Below are positions 36,922 through 48,940 of a stretch of 64,000 nucleotides of DNA, one piece after another; positions within the stretch are counted from its first letter, which is position 1; every line of letters starts with the position of its first letter. Position numbers and translations under genes: made by a program. The notes beneath the pieces are model-generated. The model did no database searches. It was not told the origin of the DNA and worked only from the letters and a program-made list of their open reading frames with translations. The DNA is from Callorhinchus milii (taxonomy: Eukaryota): assembly GCF_018977255.1 (NCBI RefSeq), contig NW_024704742.1, positions 1,924,001-1,988,000 on the forward strand, in the 5' to 3' direction.

Positions 36922-37280
36922 GTGGAGTCCTCTAGTTCAGTGGTTAGTGCACTCGTCTCGCCAAGCAAGAGGACCTGGGTTCGATTCCCGGGCTGGACGA
37001 AACGTTGGGCAAGTTTCCAATTCTCCAAACACCTCTGTTTATCTTGCAGTAAGTAGGAACCCGGTTGTTAGTCAATTGCTTTTCCAGGGGTAATAATTCC
37101 TTCAAAATAAATAAAAATAATGTGGTCACTCAATCCACGACTGTTCGTGGGGCACTGTTGTGCGCAATCGGTTGCCGCGTTTCGCCCACAAAATATACAG
37201 TCAATTCACTTTTTGCAGTATGTTCTGTGAAGCGCTTTGAGACGTCTCGAAGATGTGATAAGGCGCTAACTCAAATGCAA
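36922..37280 (+). mobile_element. Full-length tRNA-Ala Deu-core SINE, long variant
   Basis: GTGGAGTCCTCTAGTTCAGTGGTTAG.. head, CCTCTGTTTATCTTGCAGTAAGTAGGAACCCGGTTGTTAGTC block, core and tail. Confidence 0.92.
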
Positions 37281-39494
37281 TGATGTTACTGTGATGTGTG
37301 CGATCAGGCTCTACGTTAAATGCATGGATAACATTTTTTTCATAAATTTTACTAAAACACCTCCAGTTTTAAAGTAATCTTTTAGATATTTGGATAATAA
37401 ATGGATTTGTGATGTGACAATTATCACAGGTGATAATTATTACATTACTGAGGACATATTCTCATCGTTGTCATAACCGGTGACCTCTGTAGATTATTGG
37501 AGGTTGCCATTTCCTTGTATACGTCAAGCTAACAAAGTTATTCTGGTGCCAGCAAGAGATGACAGCTTGGTACAAAGGTCATACATATTCACGTAATATA
37601 AATTTGCAGTCCACTTGCACGCTTATGAACTGATTCATGCATGATTGATGGTGTGCTTGAGGGATCCCAAACACTCTATCTTACATCCAACTGAAATTGT
37701 AAATTCTATCGCAATCGGCCCATCAAGATATCAAAAGGCAATGACGACGTTAAAATAAAAAGATCTCCAACCCGCGGTGGGCATTGTGTTGTGGGGTTTT
37801 TGGAGCTGGTCACAGATGTGGGTTGGTGTCAGCAGTTTAGCCACAAGCCAAGTCCCTGAATTCAGCTGCTGTCAGGCAAGGCACCATATGGAGATCAGGC
37901 TCGACTGAGAGGATGGAGGGGAAGAGTGGCACAATTGGCCTATTTTGCACACTTCTCATAGCAGGATAAAGAACTGCGCCCGTATTCCCCTAATTTGGAT
38001 AAAAAATGGGGCAATTCTTGTTTCGCACCTGCAACGATTCTCACAAGAAGTTACTAAATCTCACCTCAAATTCTACTTTGCAAATCAAATGTGATGTCCA
38101 GTGAGATGAGATGTCTAGTAAGCAGCAGAAGTCTATTCACAAAATCAACAAAGCAATTAATTGTTGTATTCTATAGACCATGAGCTGCAGTGGAATTCCA
38201 ATTGCCCAGGAAAACACCTTCAGCAAGGGACAGATCATTTGGGTTTACTATAACCCACGGTCTTGAGCAAATCTCTCAGCGATTAATTCAGAGAGAAGCT
38301 GGCAGTATGCCTCTGGATTGACCACTGTAATCTTTTCTCAGTACTTCTGGCTCAACCTTTCAAACAAAAGAAGACTTGATTTGTTTTGATTGCTGGTATC
38401 TCACCTCTCCTACACTGGGCAGCCAACTCTGATTCATTTTAATCTCAATGCGGAAAATGTGAACCATGGCTTCTTCGATTGGAAACATTCTTCACATATT
38501 ATAAATTCTATCAACCGGCAATGTTAACTCAATCCTTTTTAGATAACTGTTAGTGATCATGACAGGTAAGACCTGCATGTGAATTAGAAATTGTTCATTC
38601 TCTTCATGGCGGTTGTAAGACATGCAGGTGGGCAACTTGGCTGCAGCTTTTGGGCACGAATCAACAGTCACTGCACTTCAAACTAAATCTTATGAAGCAC
38701 TTTGAGGCGTGGGCTGACATGAAAGGCGTTGTATCAAATGCAAGGATGACGGTAAGTAGCATTGTTACTAATAGTAAGTGTACAGAAATAATCTGCATTG
38801 ATAGACTGTGTGCACGATTGGTGAGTTTGGAAGTGACACCAAGTTAGGGAGATGACAGCAAAGATCTTACAGACTGTGGCAGGGTAGGCACACAGTCTGA
38901 TCACGAGCAAATCAAACTCACACAATTGCAAGGAACCACACTGAGGAAGTAAAGTAGTGTACCTTCCAATATAAATACGCTATATTTTAAGAGTATGCAG
39001 AATTTCACAACCTTTTGAATTCAGGCTTCACTTTGAAGTTGCTTTTTCTTCAAATCTTAAAGAAGAGAATCTTCCGAGGGAATCGCCTTCAACGCGAAGG
39101 ATGTGTACAAGAATTTGCCAAATTCTGGACACTTTAAAATGCTACATTAATACCGTAAATCTAGACCCAAGTGGGAATCTCTCCCTGCAGTGTGAAATGC
39201 AAGCGTATGACAAACCAGGAAATAGTCCGTGACACAGAAGCTAACAGCTGGGACAAGCAACCAGTAACGGTGGTTGAGGCCAGAATGCTGAATGTATGTG
39301 GGAAGCATCTTGATGTCGCAACGAGAAGACAGCACGGGTTGGCATTCTGGAAGGAAGAAGTTGAATACATTTATCTTCTCAAGTTCTAGACCTCAATAAC
39401 GTTACCATCTGATACGTCAAACCCAATTTAAACTCCCAACTACTGCACTGATTCAGTTCAAAGATCAAATTAATGTGATAAGGGCTATTGTGTG

Positions 39495-39835
39495 TCAGCC
39501 TGGCTCAGTTGGTAGCACTCTCACCTCTAATTCAGAAGGTTTTTGTGTTCAAGCCCCACGCGGGGGCTTTGAACTCACACAGTCTAAGCCAATAGTTCAG
39601 TGCAGTGATTGAAGGCGATGTCCTTTGGAGAAGATGTTAAACGAAGGACTCATCTACCTGTTCAGGTGCCATGGCACGATTTAAAAAAAAATGGAGTTTC
39701 TCCCAGTTGTCGTAGCCAACAAATCCCCAGATAAAATTGGTAATTTGCTTCATGGCTGTTTGGGCCACACTCGTGAGTGTGGCTCACCATATAATAATAA
39801 TAATAACAATAATCAAATGCAAGAATTATTATTAT
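39495..39835 (+). mobile_element. SacSINE1-like SINE (interleaved with other SINE tails up to ~40110)
   Basis: Head GTCAGCCTGGCTCAGTTGGTAGCACTCTCACCTCTAATTCAGAAGG..GTTCAAGCCCCAC and body GAAGATGTTAAACGAAGG. Confidence 0.8.
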
Positions 39836-41039
39836 GATCATATAGTGAGCACAAATTGGATGCTCCACTTGATCACAAAATATACTCATTATAATTTACA
39901 GTAAATCCTGTGACGTACTTTGAGGTGACCCCCGACATGATAGACATCGCGTGCAAGGATTAATTTTATTATTATAAACAAAGGGTAACATTTCCAATAA
40001 GTGTTAGAAGTTACCTCATGCTTACAATAATAATGATAATGCTTATAATAATCCTAGCATTTGATATAGCGCCTTAACACATCATTGAGACATCTCAAAG
40101 CGCTTCACAGTGGTGGTCAGATGCTCAGAATGCTCAAATAGTATATTTGCCAGTGGTGGAAGACTCGAGCATCTGAAGGATGATTCTGTACAAAGAGTAA
40201 AAACACTGGAGTAAGTTGTGTATACTTTCTTTCAATGAAACAGTTAAAAACGCTTGCTGTTTGAGAAGTGAGCTCTTAATTTTCACACAAGATAAAACCA
40301 ATCCATAGGAACAGGATTTTGGGGCTATTCATAGAGGCTGAATATCTTCGAACAATTAAGCTGTATTGATCACACAGACTAATGCTAATCTATTGTCTCC
40401 CTTGCCAATTGCTTTCCAAGTCCCCTTTTCTTGCTCCTGTTTAGTATGTCCAAAGGTTGTCTGCAGGACGTGAGCTGGATTACGATTGCTTTATTCCAGT
40501 GCGCTCAGGAAATTACAGGCTGCTGTGCAGAATATTAGACTTGATGTGCTTAAATACAGCAGAATCAAGTCAATATTTAAAGCTAACTTTGTCAATTCAT
40601 AGCACCGTCCCTTTCCTCAGATACAAGTTTGATAGGTGCAGACATGCAAGGGCACCTTCTGCACATGCAGCGCACAAAGCCTAATCAACCTGAGTTCTGT
40701 CAGCGTGGAACAGAAAATAAGGGAGTTGTCCATTATTACAATTTTTTATGTTCCACTTTACGTTCCAATGATCTCAGTCACTTCACTTCCGAATCACAAG
40801 GTTGTTGTTCAACCCCCATATCAACACTTGGAGCCCATATGCTCTCGGCTCCATTGCAGCGCTGGAGGTGTGCTGCCTTGTCGGAGGTGCCATCCTTTGG
40901 ATGCAACGTTAAACCAAGATCCCGTTTATCTACGGAATACATAAACGTTACACTGCATCCTCTGATCAATCCTGTGATTAATGTGCACTTAATATCATGA
41001 TTTTCATGTCGGGGATTGTGTCAAAGTGTATTACAAAAG

Positions 41040-41270
41040 GTGACGTGGATCATTGTGAGGACTTGAAGATGTCTGTCTGTGCGTGACCGAAGGAAAAAGG
41101 GATTTAGAACGGTATTGAAGGCAGGTAGAGAAGGCACAAGCTGAATCGCGGACAACAGACAAAGTGGTTGAGAGCTTGTTTGCTGGTGGGACGGAGGGAG
41201 AGGGGGTTGGGCGGGATAATAGGGTGAGGACAGAACCCTCGGTCGATCTGGTCGCTGATTCACAGGACAG
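41040..41270 (-). mobile_element. L2 3' fragment
   Basis: AGGAAAAAGGGATTTAGAACGGTATTGAAGGCAGG..GCTGAA.. matches the antisense L2 C-terminus (FKxxLKTFLF) seen in other copies. Confidence 0.55.
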
Positions 41271-42029
41271 AGTTGGAAAGCACAGCCATTCTCGGTGCTC
41301 AGAGGTTTGCTGATTTACTTTCATCTTATTTTGATGTTGAAAGCCATCTCGAAAGACTTAAAGCCATATCATTAGCAGCTCTCCCATCATACTATAACCA
41401 GGGGATTAGACATTAAGATCTGAACTGATGAGTTCCGGATTGTGACCCCCCCCCCCCAGGTATAAACTTAATAAGCGTTAGCTGGCAACTTGGAAATAAA
41501 TGAAGGAACGTTTAAACTCACCAAAGAAGAAAAAAAAGGACCAAAATGATCATTAGCATCTGTTTTAAAAAGTGTTTGCCTCAAACCTCAGAAATAATCA
41601 ATTATTTATTTGTGGAACTGGTCATGATTAAGTGCAGTGGGTTCAGTAAATCCCATTATAAGGGGGCCACTTTTTTGTTTTGGTTAGACAGGTTTCTGAT
41701 GTTTGTGGGTATGTACCACCATGCTGAAAACTATCCAAGTCAGACTAAGAGCTCAGTCTGAACTCAAATTCTCATGCCTCCGGTGGAATATCGAGGCTCC
41801 CTGGAGGGATGCATCTTGCTAAAACCGTATAGTTTGCCATTGCAAGCACTGTCTGGCAAGCTTCCTTGTTGCTTGTCCAGCTGAGACCACCCGAGCAGTT
41901 AGGGCTTTGGTTTGCAGGGTTAACAGGAGCTACACCAGTGACCAGTCCGCCCTTCCAAGTCCTACCGATGAGCCCGTCTTGCTGAACTGTCCATCAGGAA
42001 AACAGGCATGAATATAATTACAGCCTCTT

Positions 42030-43970
42030 TCGTACGTAGGAAAGAGGCTGAAAAGACGATTAGGAAGGCAAAGAGGAACCATGAGGAGAATAGCAATAGA
42101 AACGAAAATGAAAAGAAATAACAAAGATTTCTATAGGCATGTTAGCAATAAAAGAATGGCTAAAGTAGAGATATGACCATTAAGTAGAGAAGAGGATAAG
42201 CTCACAGCAGATAAGGAAATGGAGGAAATACTAACCAAATACTTTGCCTCGGTTTTCACAAAGGACACGGATAAGGAAAACTTAATAAGAACAGGAGGGG
42301 CAGGGTGTAAAATTGCAACTGTTAAGATAGGGAGAAGGGAGCTATTAAATAAATTCCAAAAGCTTAGTGAGGACAAGGCACTTGGTCAGATGGCCTGCAC
42401 CCAAGGATCCTTAGGGAAACAAGGGAGGATATAGCTGAGGCTTTTGTGTGCATATTTAAGAACTCTGTAGAGAAAGGAGTCATGCCAGAGGACTGGGGAA
42501 TGGTCAATGTGCTATCTATTTTTTAAGTGGGTGATTGAGATAACCCAGGAAACTACAGGCAGGTTAATTTAATATCGGTTGTGGGTAAATATCCTGATCT
42601 ATAATAAACGTGAAATAACTAGTCGTCTGGAGAAGGAAAATGTGATTAAAAGCAGCCAACATGGATGTACAAAAGGAAGGTCATGCTTGATTAAACTTTT
42701 TGGAGTTGTTGAAGGTTTAAATGATGAAGTAGATGAGGGAAATGCGGTGGATCTTGTGTATCTGGATTTCCAGAAGGCCTTTAATAAAGTGCCATAGGAG
42801 AGGCTCATGATTAAAGTCAGGGCATGTGGAATCATGGGAGAGTTAGCAGAATGGATCAACGAATGGTTAGGAAACCGTAAAACAAAGGACAGGAGATAAA
42901 GGCATTTGTTCAGCCTTGCAAGAGGTAGGAAGTTCCACAGGGATCAGTGGTGTGAACTCTTCACCATATACATAAGTGATTTAGATCCAAATAAAACAGG
43001 TGTGGTGTCAAACTTGGCAGATGATACCAAACTGGGAAACTAGGGTGGGGTGGGGAGGGGGTGGGGGGGTTGTATGGCGAAACAGTGAAGGGTACTGTAG
43101 AAAAATGCAGGGAAAGATTAACAGGCGAGCAGAATGGGCAGACAGATGTCAACGACGTTTATCATAGGAAATTGTGAAGTAATTTACTTTAGCAATAATA
43201 ATAAAGATGTTGTCTACAATCTAGATGGTAGGAAACTAAGAGAAGTAGAGGAGCACAGAGATCTGGGGATTCCGAGCCTACAAATCTGCAAAAGTATCTC
43301 GACAGGTAGATAATTGTGGAGTCCTGTAGCTCGGTGGTGAGAGCACTCGCTTTACAAGCGAGAGATCTGAGTTTGAAACCTTGGGCAAGTTTTCTTACTC
43401 CACACTTCTGATCATAATCCCTCAAGAAAAAAACAATAACAATTTGGTCACTCAATCCATGACTGTTCGTGGGACGCTGCTGTGCGCAACTGGCTGCTGC
43501 ATATCGCCCACAAATGTACAGTCAATTCACTTTTCAGTCTATTCTGTGAAGCGCTTTGAGATGTTTAGAAGACATGAAAAGCTCTGTATCAAATGCAAGG
43601 ATTATTATTATTATTATCTTGGTTAGACCACATTTGGAGTTTTGTTGTCCAATTCTGGTCCCCACCCTGTAAACATATAACAGCGATGGAAAGAGTACAG
43701 TGTAGGTTTACTAGGATGATACCAGGTGGGCAGGTTATTGCTATCAGAATAGGCTGGAGAGTTAGACCTTTTTCGCTCAAGAAGAGATGTTTAAGGGGAG
43801 GGGGAGATAACAGGTGTTTAAAATTGTAAAAGGGTTCAATAAGGTCAACATAAATAGTCTGTTTCCACTGGTCGGGGAGTTCATAACCAGGGGACACATA
43901 TACAAGATAGACACGAGGGGGATCTGAAAGAGAATTTAGAAGGAACTACTCAGAGGATAGTGAGAATATG
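42030..43970 (+). mobile_element. CR1 LINE ORF2 (reverse transcriptase) remnant, disrupted
   Basis: EEILTKYFASVFTKD, IKSSQHGCTKGRSCLIKL, VDEGNAVDLVYLDFQKAFNKVP, LADDTKLG (TTGGCAGATGATACCAAACTGGG), LVRPHLE, and MERVQCRFTRMIPG, with many stops and frameshifts. Confidence 0.95.
43316..43617 (+). mobile_element. Full-length tRNA-Ala Deu-core SINE, short variant, nested in CR1
   Basis: GTGGAGTCCTGTAGCTCGGTGGTGAGAGCACTCGC.. through CAAATGCAAGG(ATT)n. Confidence 0.92.
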
Positions 43971-46504
43971 CATTGCTGTGCACAAATTGCCTGCTACGTT
44001 TGTCCCAAAGATACACACAGTCCCATCACTGTACAGTGAATCCCGTACAGCCCTTTGCAATGTCCCTCTAACACGAAACACGCTTCACCACACGCAAGGA
44101 TTCTTCTTATTTGAATAAGGAAAAACGGTGTCCAACACTTACAGAAGAGGAGGGCGAAGGGAGTAAAGTAATGGAGCGAATTGGATGAGATAACAAATAA
44201 CACACCCAAATGAATGGTAATAAAATGACACGTCATTCTGCTGTTGTACACTTTGGCCGAGTGACGAGGGAAGTCGAAAACCCAGGTTTAGAACAGCCTC
44301 CGTTGGAGGATTTAATTTCTGATGAATGTCATCCCTCAAAAAGGTTTTACTCCCTGCGCTTGTTGCAAATACGTGTTGAAAACACATTAAAAAAGTAATT
44401 ATTTGTAACAACATGAATTCACCCAGCACTAGATCTTAAGGAGTGAAGGATAATGGATCCAAAAAGCTCGTACGAGCGTCTGACGCTGAAGGACACGTTC
44501 CGTCTATTAATGCTGAACAAGCGCCACCCTTGCTGCGTGGATGCAACGCTTAGCTCAAATTATTCTCTCCCTCTTTCTCTCTCCCTGTGCCCAGCATCCA
44601 ATTTAAATCCAATTTGGGGGAGCTTTGCATCAGAACATCTAGCTGTGCGGAAGTAACCGAGTTTGCATCGATTAATCAAGTCCTGCCTCCTCACCACCAC
44701 CCCCCACATCTCCCCCCCCCCCTCCCCTCCGTCCTGTCCCCGGGGAACACTTCCGAGTAGATCACTGATGACGCTATTGATGTGATTTACGGAGTGCGTC
44801 ACATTCATTTTTTTTTAATGCAGTTGTTTAGAAATATTATTCAATCCAGCGTGTGCTCACGCTGTGAACTGCCCTGGCCGCATTATAGCATTCATTCTGT
44901 ATGATGTAATGTCCTGCAGTTTGCTCCGTCCAGGAGACCTGGCTAATTATTTTCCAAGTCTCACAGTGGGGCGGAATTTCGGAGGTTAATCTTTCAGCGG
45001 CTTATGGGTTTCTAGTGAATGTGGCCAAACAGATTTTTAGAGGCTGGTGCCTTAATGCTCGATTTTGCAAGTTTGAGTTCATTTGAATGTGCGATACGTC
45101 AGACTAATGTTCACTTTAAAATGTGCTGTATCTTTCAGAGTGGAGTTCCTGCTACAGCGAAACTTCCGACGCAATTTGTAAAGGCCTTTTAAAGCTTTCC
45201 TTGTACCCAAGCATAGAATGCACCAATGCTTGTCTCTTGTGAACTGCCACACATTTTATTTTATTATTTGAACTGCCTGTCTCTTTCAGAAGATGTACAA
45301 TACTGCAAGCGGACACAGGCTCTTTCCAATCGAACCAAAATAAGTTTAGTTACGGTATAGAGCAATTAAACAAAGTAAATCATTCAATTGATTTACTTTA
45401 AATTATCATTTACTTTAAATTATCATTTAAAGTAAATCGATTAAATAAAGACAGACAGAAGCAATGTACCGAAAATATGTATTATGATAATATTAAGAGC
45501 CTTAGATTAATCTTATAAATTCAAGTCCAAAAGCTGAACTGATGTGCAGAGTTGAAAAACATAGAAATGTTTCAGGATTCACCCAATTCAGGACAATTAT
45601 CCAGTCACAGTGATGCTCCGGATAAGCAGAGCTGATCAATCGCTGACGCCACGTGGCTTACGCCCTAAAGCTGCCAGTAGTTTGAAAGATGTTGAAATTG
45701 GGAAACCCTTATATCTCAAACATTTATTCTGTGGGCAATAGTGTGTACTTCAGAGCGGCATACGGGGAAAAAAAAGGGATCGTAAAAAGGTTAAATGATA
45801 GTGGTTCTGTGACCATCCACTGAAGTGAGGAGCTTACCGCCAGCAGGAAATTACATTTCCCACCTGGCGAAAATGATAGGAATGCATGGCCTCTAGGTTT
45901 TCGACTGTTCGCTTGATCCCCGTGTCACAGGGAACTTCTTTCAGCACTCAGCAAGAGGAGCATAGGCGTAGGAAATGGCCTGGCATAAACGAGCACGCCA
46001 CTACCAATTTATATCTCTTGGGTCTGGACTCGCTGCTTGTAGATAGAAGATGAAATCTCTCAGTCACCTAGACCTTTGCTCTGTGTTTTTTTTTGGGGGA
46101 GGGGGTATATCTATAGCAATCTGGAAATGTCCCCTCAATGGAACAAAACTGTAGCCGAGCAAAATATTTCATTTCCCTTTTCGCAAAGTCTGACTTTGTT
46201 TCGAATCATCGAATGTGCCAGTAACAGGCGTTACCACTCACTCGCCCATTGTGCCTGTGAAACCTTTTTGTTAGCGCTGTCAATTTAGCCTCACTCCCTC
46301 TGCCTTTTGCCCATAGCCTTAAATTGTACGCTGCTTTTTGATGCTTGGCAGTTTCACTGGACAAGAAATTGGGACCTACTCCCGACGTGAAAGGCGCTAC
46401 ACAAATGTCATCTTGTTGTTGTTGTTGTTGTTGTAGGTCACACTCGATGAATTGGGAAGTTAGCCTCACGTTTTTAAGCAATGTGGTAAAACAGCTTCCA
46501 AATT

Positions 46505-47520
46505 AACAGCAACAATTTGGGTTTATATTGCACCTTTCACATTGGGAGGATTTCCCAAGGCACTGGGCAATCAAGGGTTTGCACCCACCCAAGCTGGGAT
46601 TCGAGAGAGGTTGGGGAGGTCAAGGGAGGTGGTGGTGGGGGGGGGGGTGGGGAAAGATAACCAAAGGTGCGATCAAAGAGGAAGGTCTTGAGATGGACCT
46701 TGGAAGGAGGCAAGGGAAGGGACTCTGGGATGGAATTGGGGCAGTAACATGAAGGCCAGACCACCGATGGTGGGGCTGGCACGGTGGGGTAAGGGAGCGG
46801 GCATGTTGGTCGGGTTATAGAAGGTCACACAGGTAGGGTGGGGCAAGCCCGTGGAAGGTTTTGCAAGTGAGGACGTGGATCTTGAACTCGATCCTCTGTG
46901 GCATGGGGAGCTAGTGGAGCCAGGTGAGGATAGGGGTGATAGGTTTGCAGAGTCTAATGCAGGAGAGGACGTGACCTGCAGAGTTCTGAGTGGTCTGTAG
47001 TTTGTAGAAGGAAGAGTTGGGAAGTCTGGCAAGCAGAGAGTTGGCATAGTCAAGCCTGGGAGTGCTAAAAGCATGGATAAGGATCTTGGTGGCCCAAGGC
47101 ATTGGCAGAGGTGGGCAATGTGACGGAGTTGGAGGATAGCTGATTGGGTCAAGGCATGGGTTTAAAGGACAGTTGAGAGTTGAACAAGACATCAGAGTTC
47201 CACACTGGCTTCAGGAAGTGGTGTGTGCATCCATGTGGATTGATGCTGTCAGCGTCTGATGGGAGCCAAGCAGGAGAGCCTCTGTCTTGTCGACATTTAA
47301 TTGGAGAATATTAACTCTCATCCAGGAGTTGATGTCTGACAGTCAATCAGTCAGAACGGCCAGTGGCCCTGGAATCAAGGGTGGTGGCAGAGAGTCTGCC
47401 CTCCAGAGGAGAGTCTGCCCTCCAGGATAGAGTCTGTGCCCTCCAGAAACATGTGGAAGTTAACTCATGCCTGTGGATGGCATCACCAGGCACAACCATG
47501 CAGATACTAAAGAGGAGAGA
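46505..47520 (-). mobile_element. L2 LINE 3' ~1 kb
   Basis: TKILIHAFSTPRLDYANSLLARLP..KLQTTQNSAGHVLS..ITPILTWLH, then TIGGLAF and KVHLKTFLFDR. Contains a 3 x ~19-bp tandem at ~47392-47447. Confidence 0.92.
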
Positions 47521-48499
47521 CATTTCCGACGATGCAGCACACCCCAGCACTGCCTTGTTGTGTTCCTATGTGAGTTCAAGTCCTGACTTGGGGCCTAAAC
47601 CCCCAAACTTCTGACTCAAGGGGTAAGAGTACCGACTGAGCCAGACTGAAATTGTGGGTGTCAAATGGTTGCATATACTCTTACCTTTGACAATAGTTTG
47701 CTGCTCTGGCAGCAATTGCATTTTCTTTATGCATTTTGCATTAATGAATTTGAAAAACATCTCCAAATCTCTCCGTATTTCATTAGTATTATGTTCTTCC
47801 AGATATATGAATGCAGACTAATAAAGTTGACACCAGTGTTGGTGTTTGTGCTCCTTGCAATGCAGTTCATTAGCTTCTTGACAGCTTCACTGAGTTTAAT
47901 TTCACACCTTGTAACTAGATCCAGCATTTTTTAAAATCGTATTTCTTCGCTTTGCATCGATGTTGTTCTCTATTGTTTGTTGCACACAGCAACGCGTTTT
48001 TGCCTCTGGCGTCTACCATTGATTTTTAACCCTGCAAAGACTGAGGCTACATTTTTTTTGCATGAAAGTATTCAAAAGTTTATTCTCTGCAATTAATTTT
48101 AAACCAGAAGAAGCGCGTGGAACTACTCAGTAGTAGTTTTAATGAAGAGTCCAACAATTCTGAGGTCGTTTCTACTGTCCCGATATCTCGAGAAAAGTTT
48201 CAAGCAGGACATACTCCCTTAGACTTACTGCGGAATCTTGTATTCTTATGTTTTACGATATTAAACTGTATTTGCTACCTTTCTGTCAACGTACCCAGCT
48301 TCTCTAGATTCCCTCTGAATGCAATGTGTCCTTGCATTTGCGTTTATGTATGCAATTTGGAACTTGCATACTTCCTCAGGATCCATAATCCTCACCTTTA
48401 CTTGATCTATGCGCTCCCCTTTGGTGACATGATCCTCGGGCATTGGGTTCATTTCTCTATGTACACAAAGACAAGGTATGCCCATCACAACATCAAGCG

Positions 48500-48940
48500 G
48501 ATTCTTAAATCAGTCAAACATCTTGGTATTACCCCCCAACTCGGGAACCCATTCCAGCTGAGCATTGCCAGTTGCGTAAAGAGATTCTTCCTGGTGTCCT
48601 TCCTGGAATTACCCTTCGCAACCTTGATCCTCTTGTCCTCATCTGAAATGTCTGTATTCCCAGGGTGAATGGCACAAGACACTGCAAGTTGTTGTTAATA
48701 ATAATAATAATAATCCTTGCATTTGATGTAGCGTTTTTCACGTCTTCTTGACGTCTCAAAGCGCTTCACAGAATAGACTGTAAAGTGAATTGACTGTATA
48801 TTTGTGGGCGAAATAGCTTTATATAGATTGATTATGGTGCTTGAGGATCTGATCTCAACTGATTTGTCAATGTAACTCACCGTCCTGTTTGCCTTGTTTT
48901 TTTGATGCCTCACACTGTTTTTTGAGCTTCAAGGATCCTC
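48500..48940 (-). mobile_element. CR1 fragments with an interposed SINE 3' half (~48697-48812)
   Basis: KANRTVSYIDKSVEIRSSSTIINLYKA and KGNSRKDTRKNLFTQ..WNGFP (CR1 ORF2 C-terminus) flank a reverse SINE tail. Confidence 0.75.
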
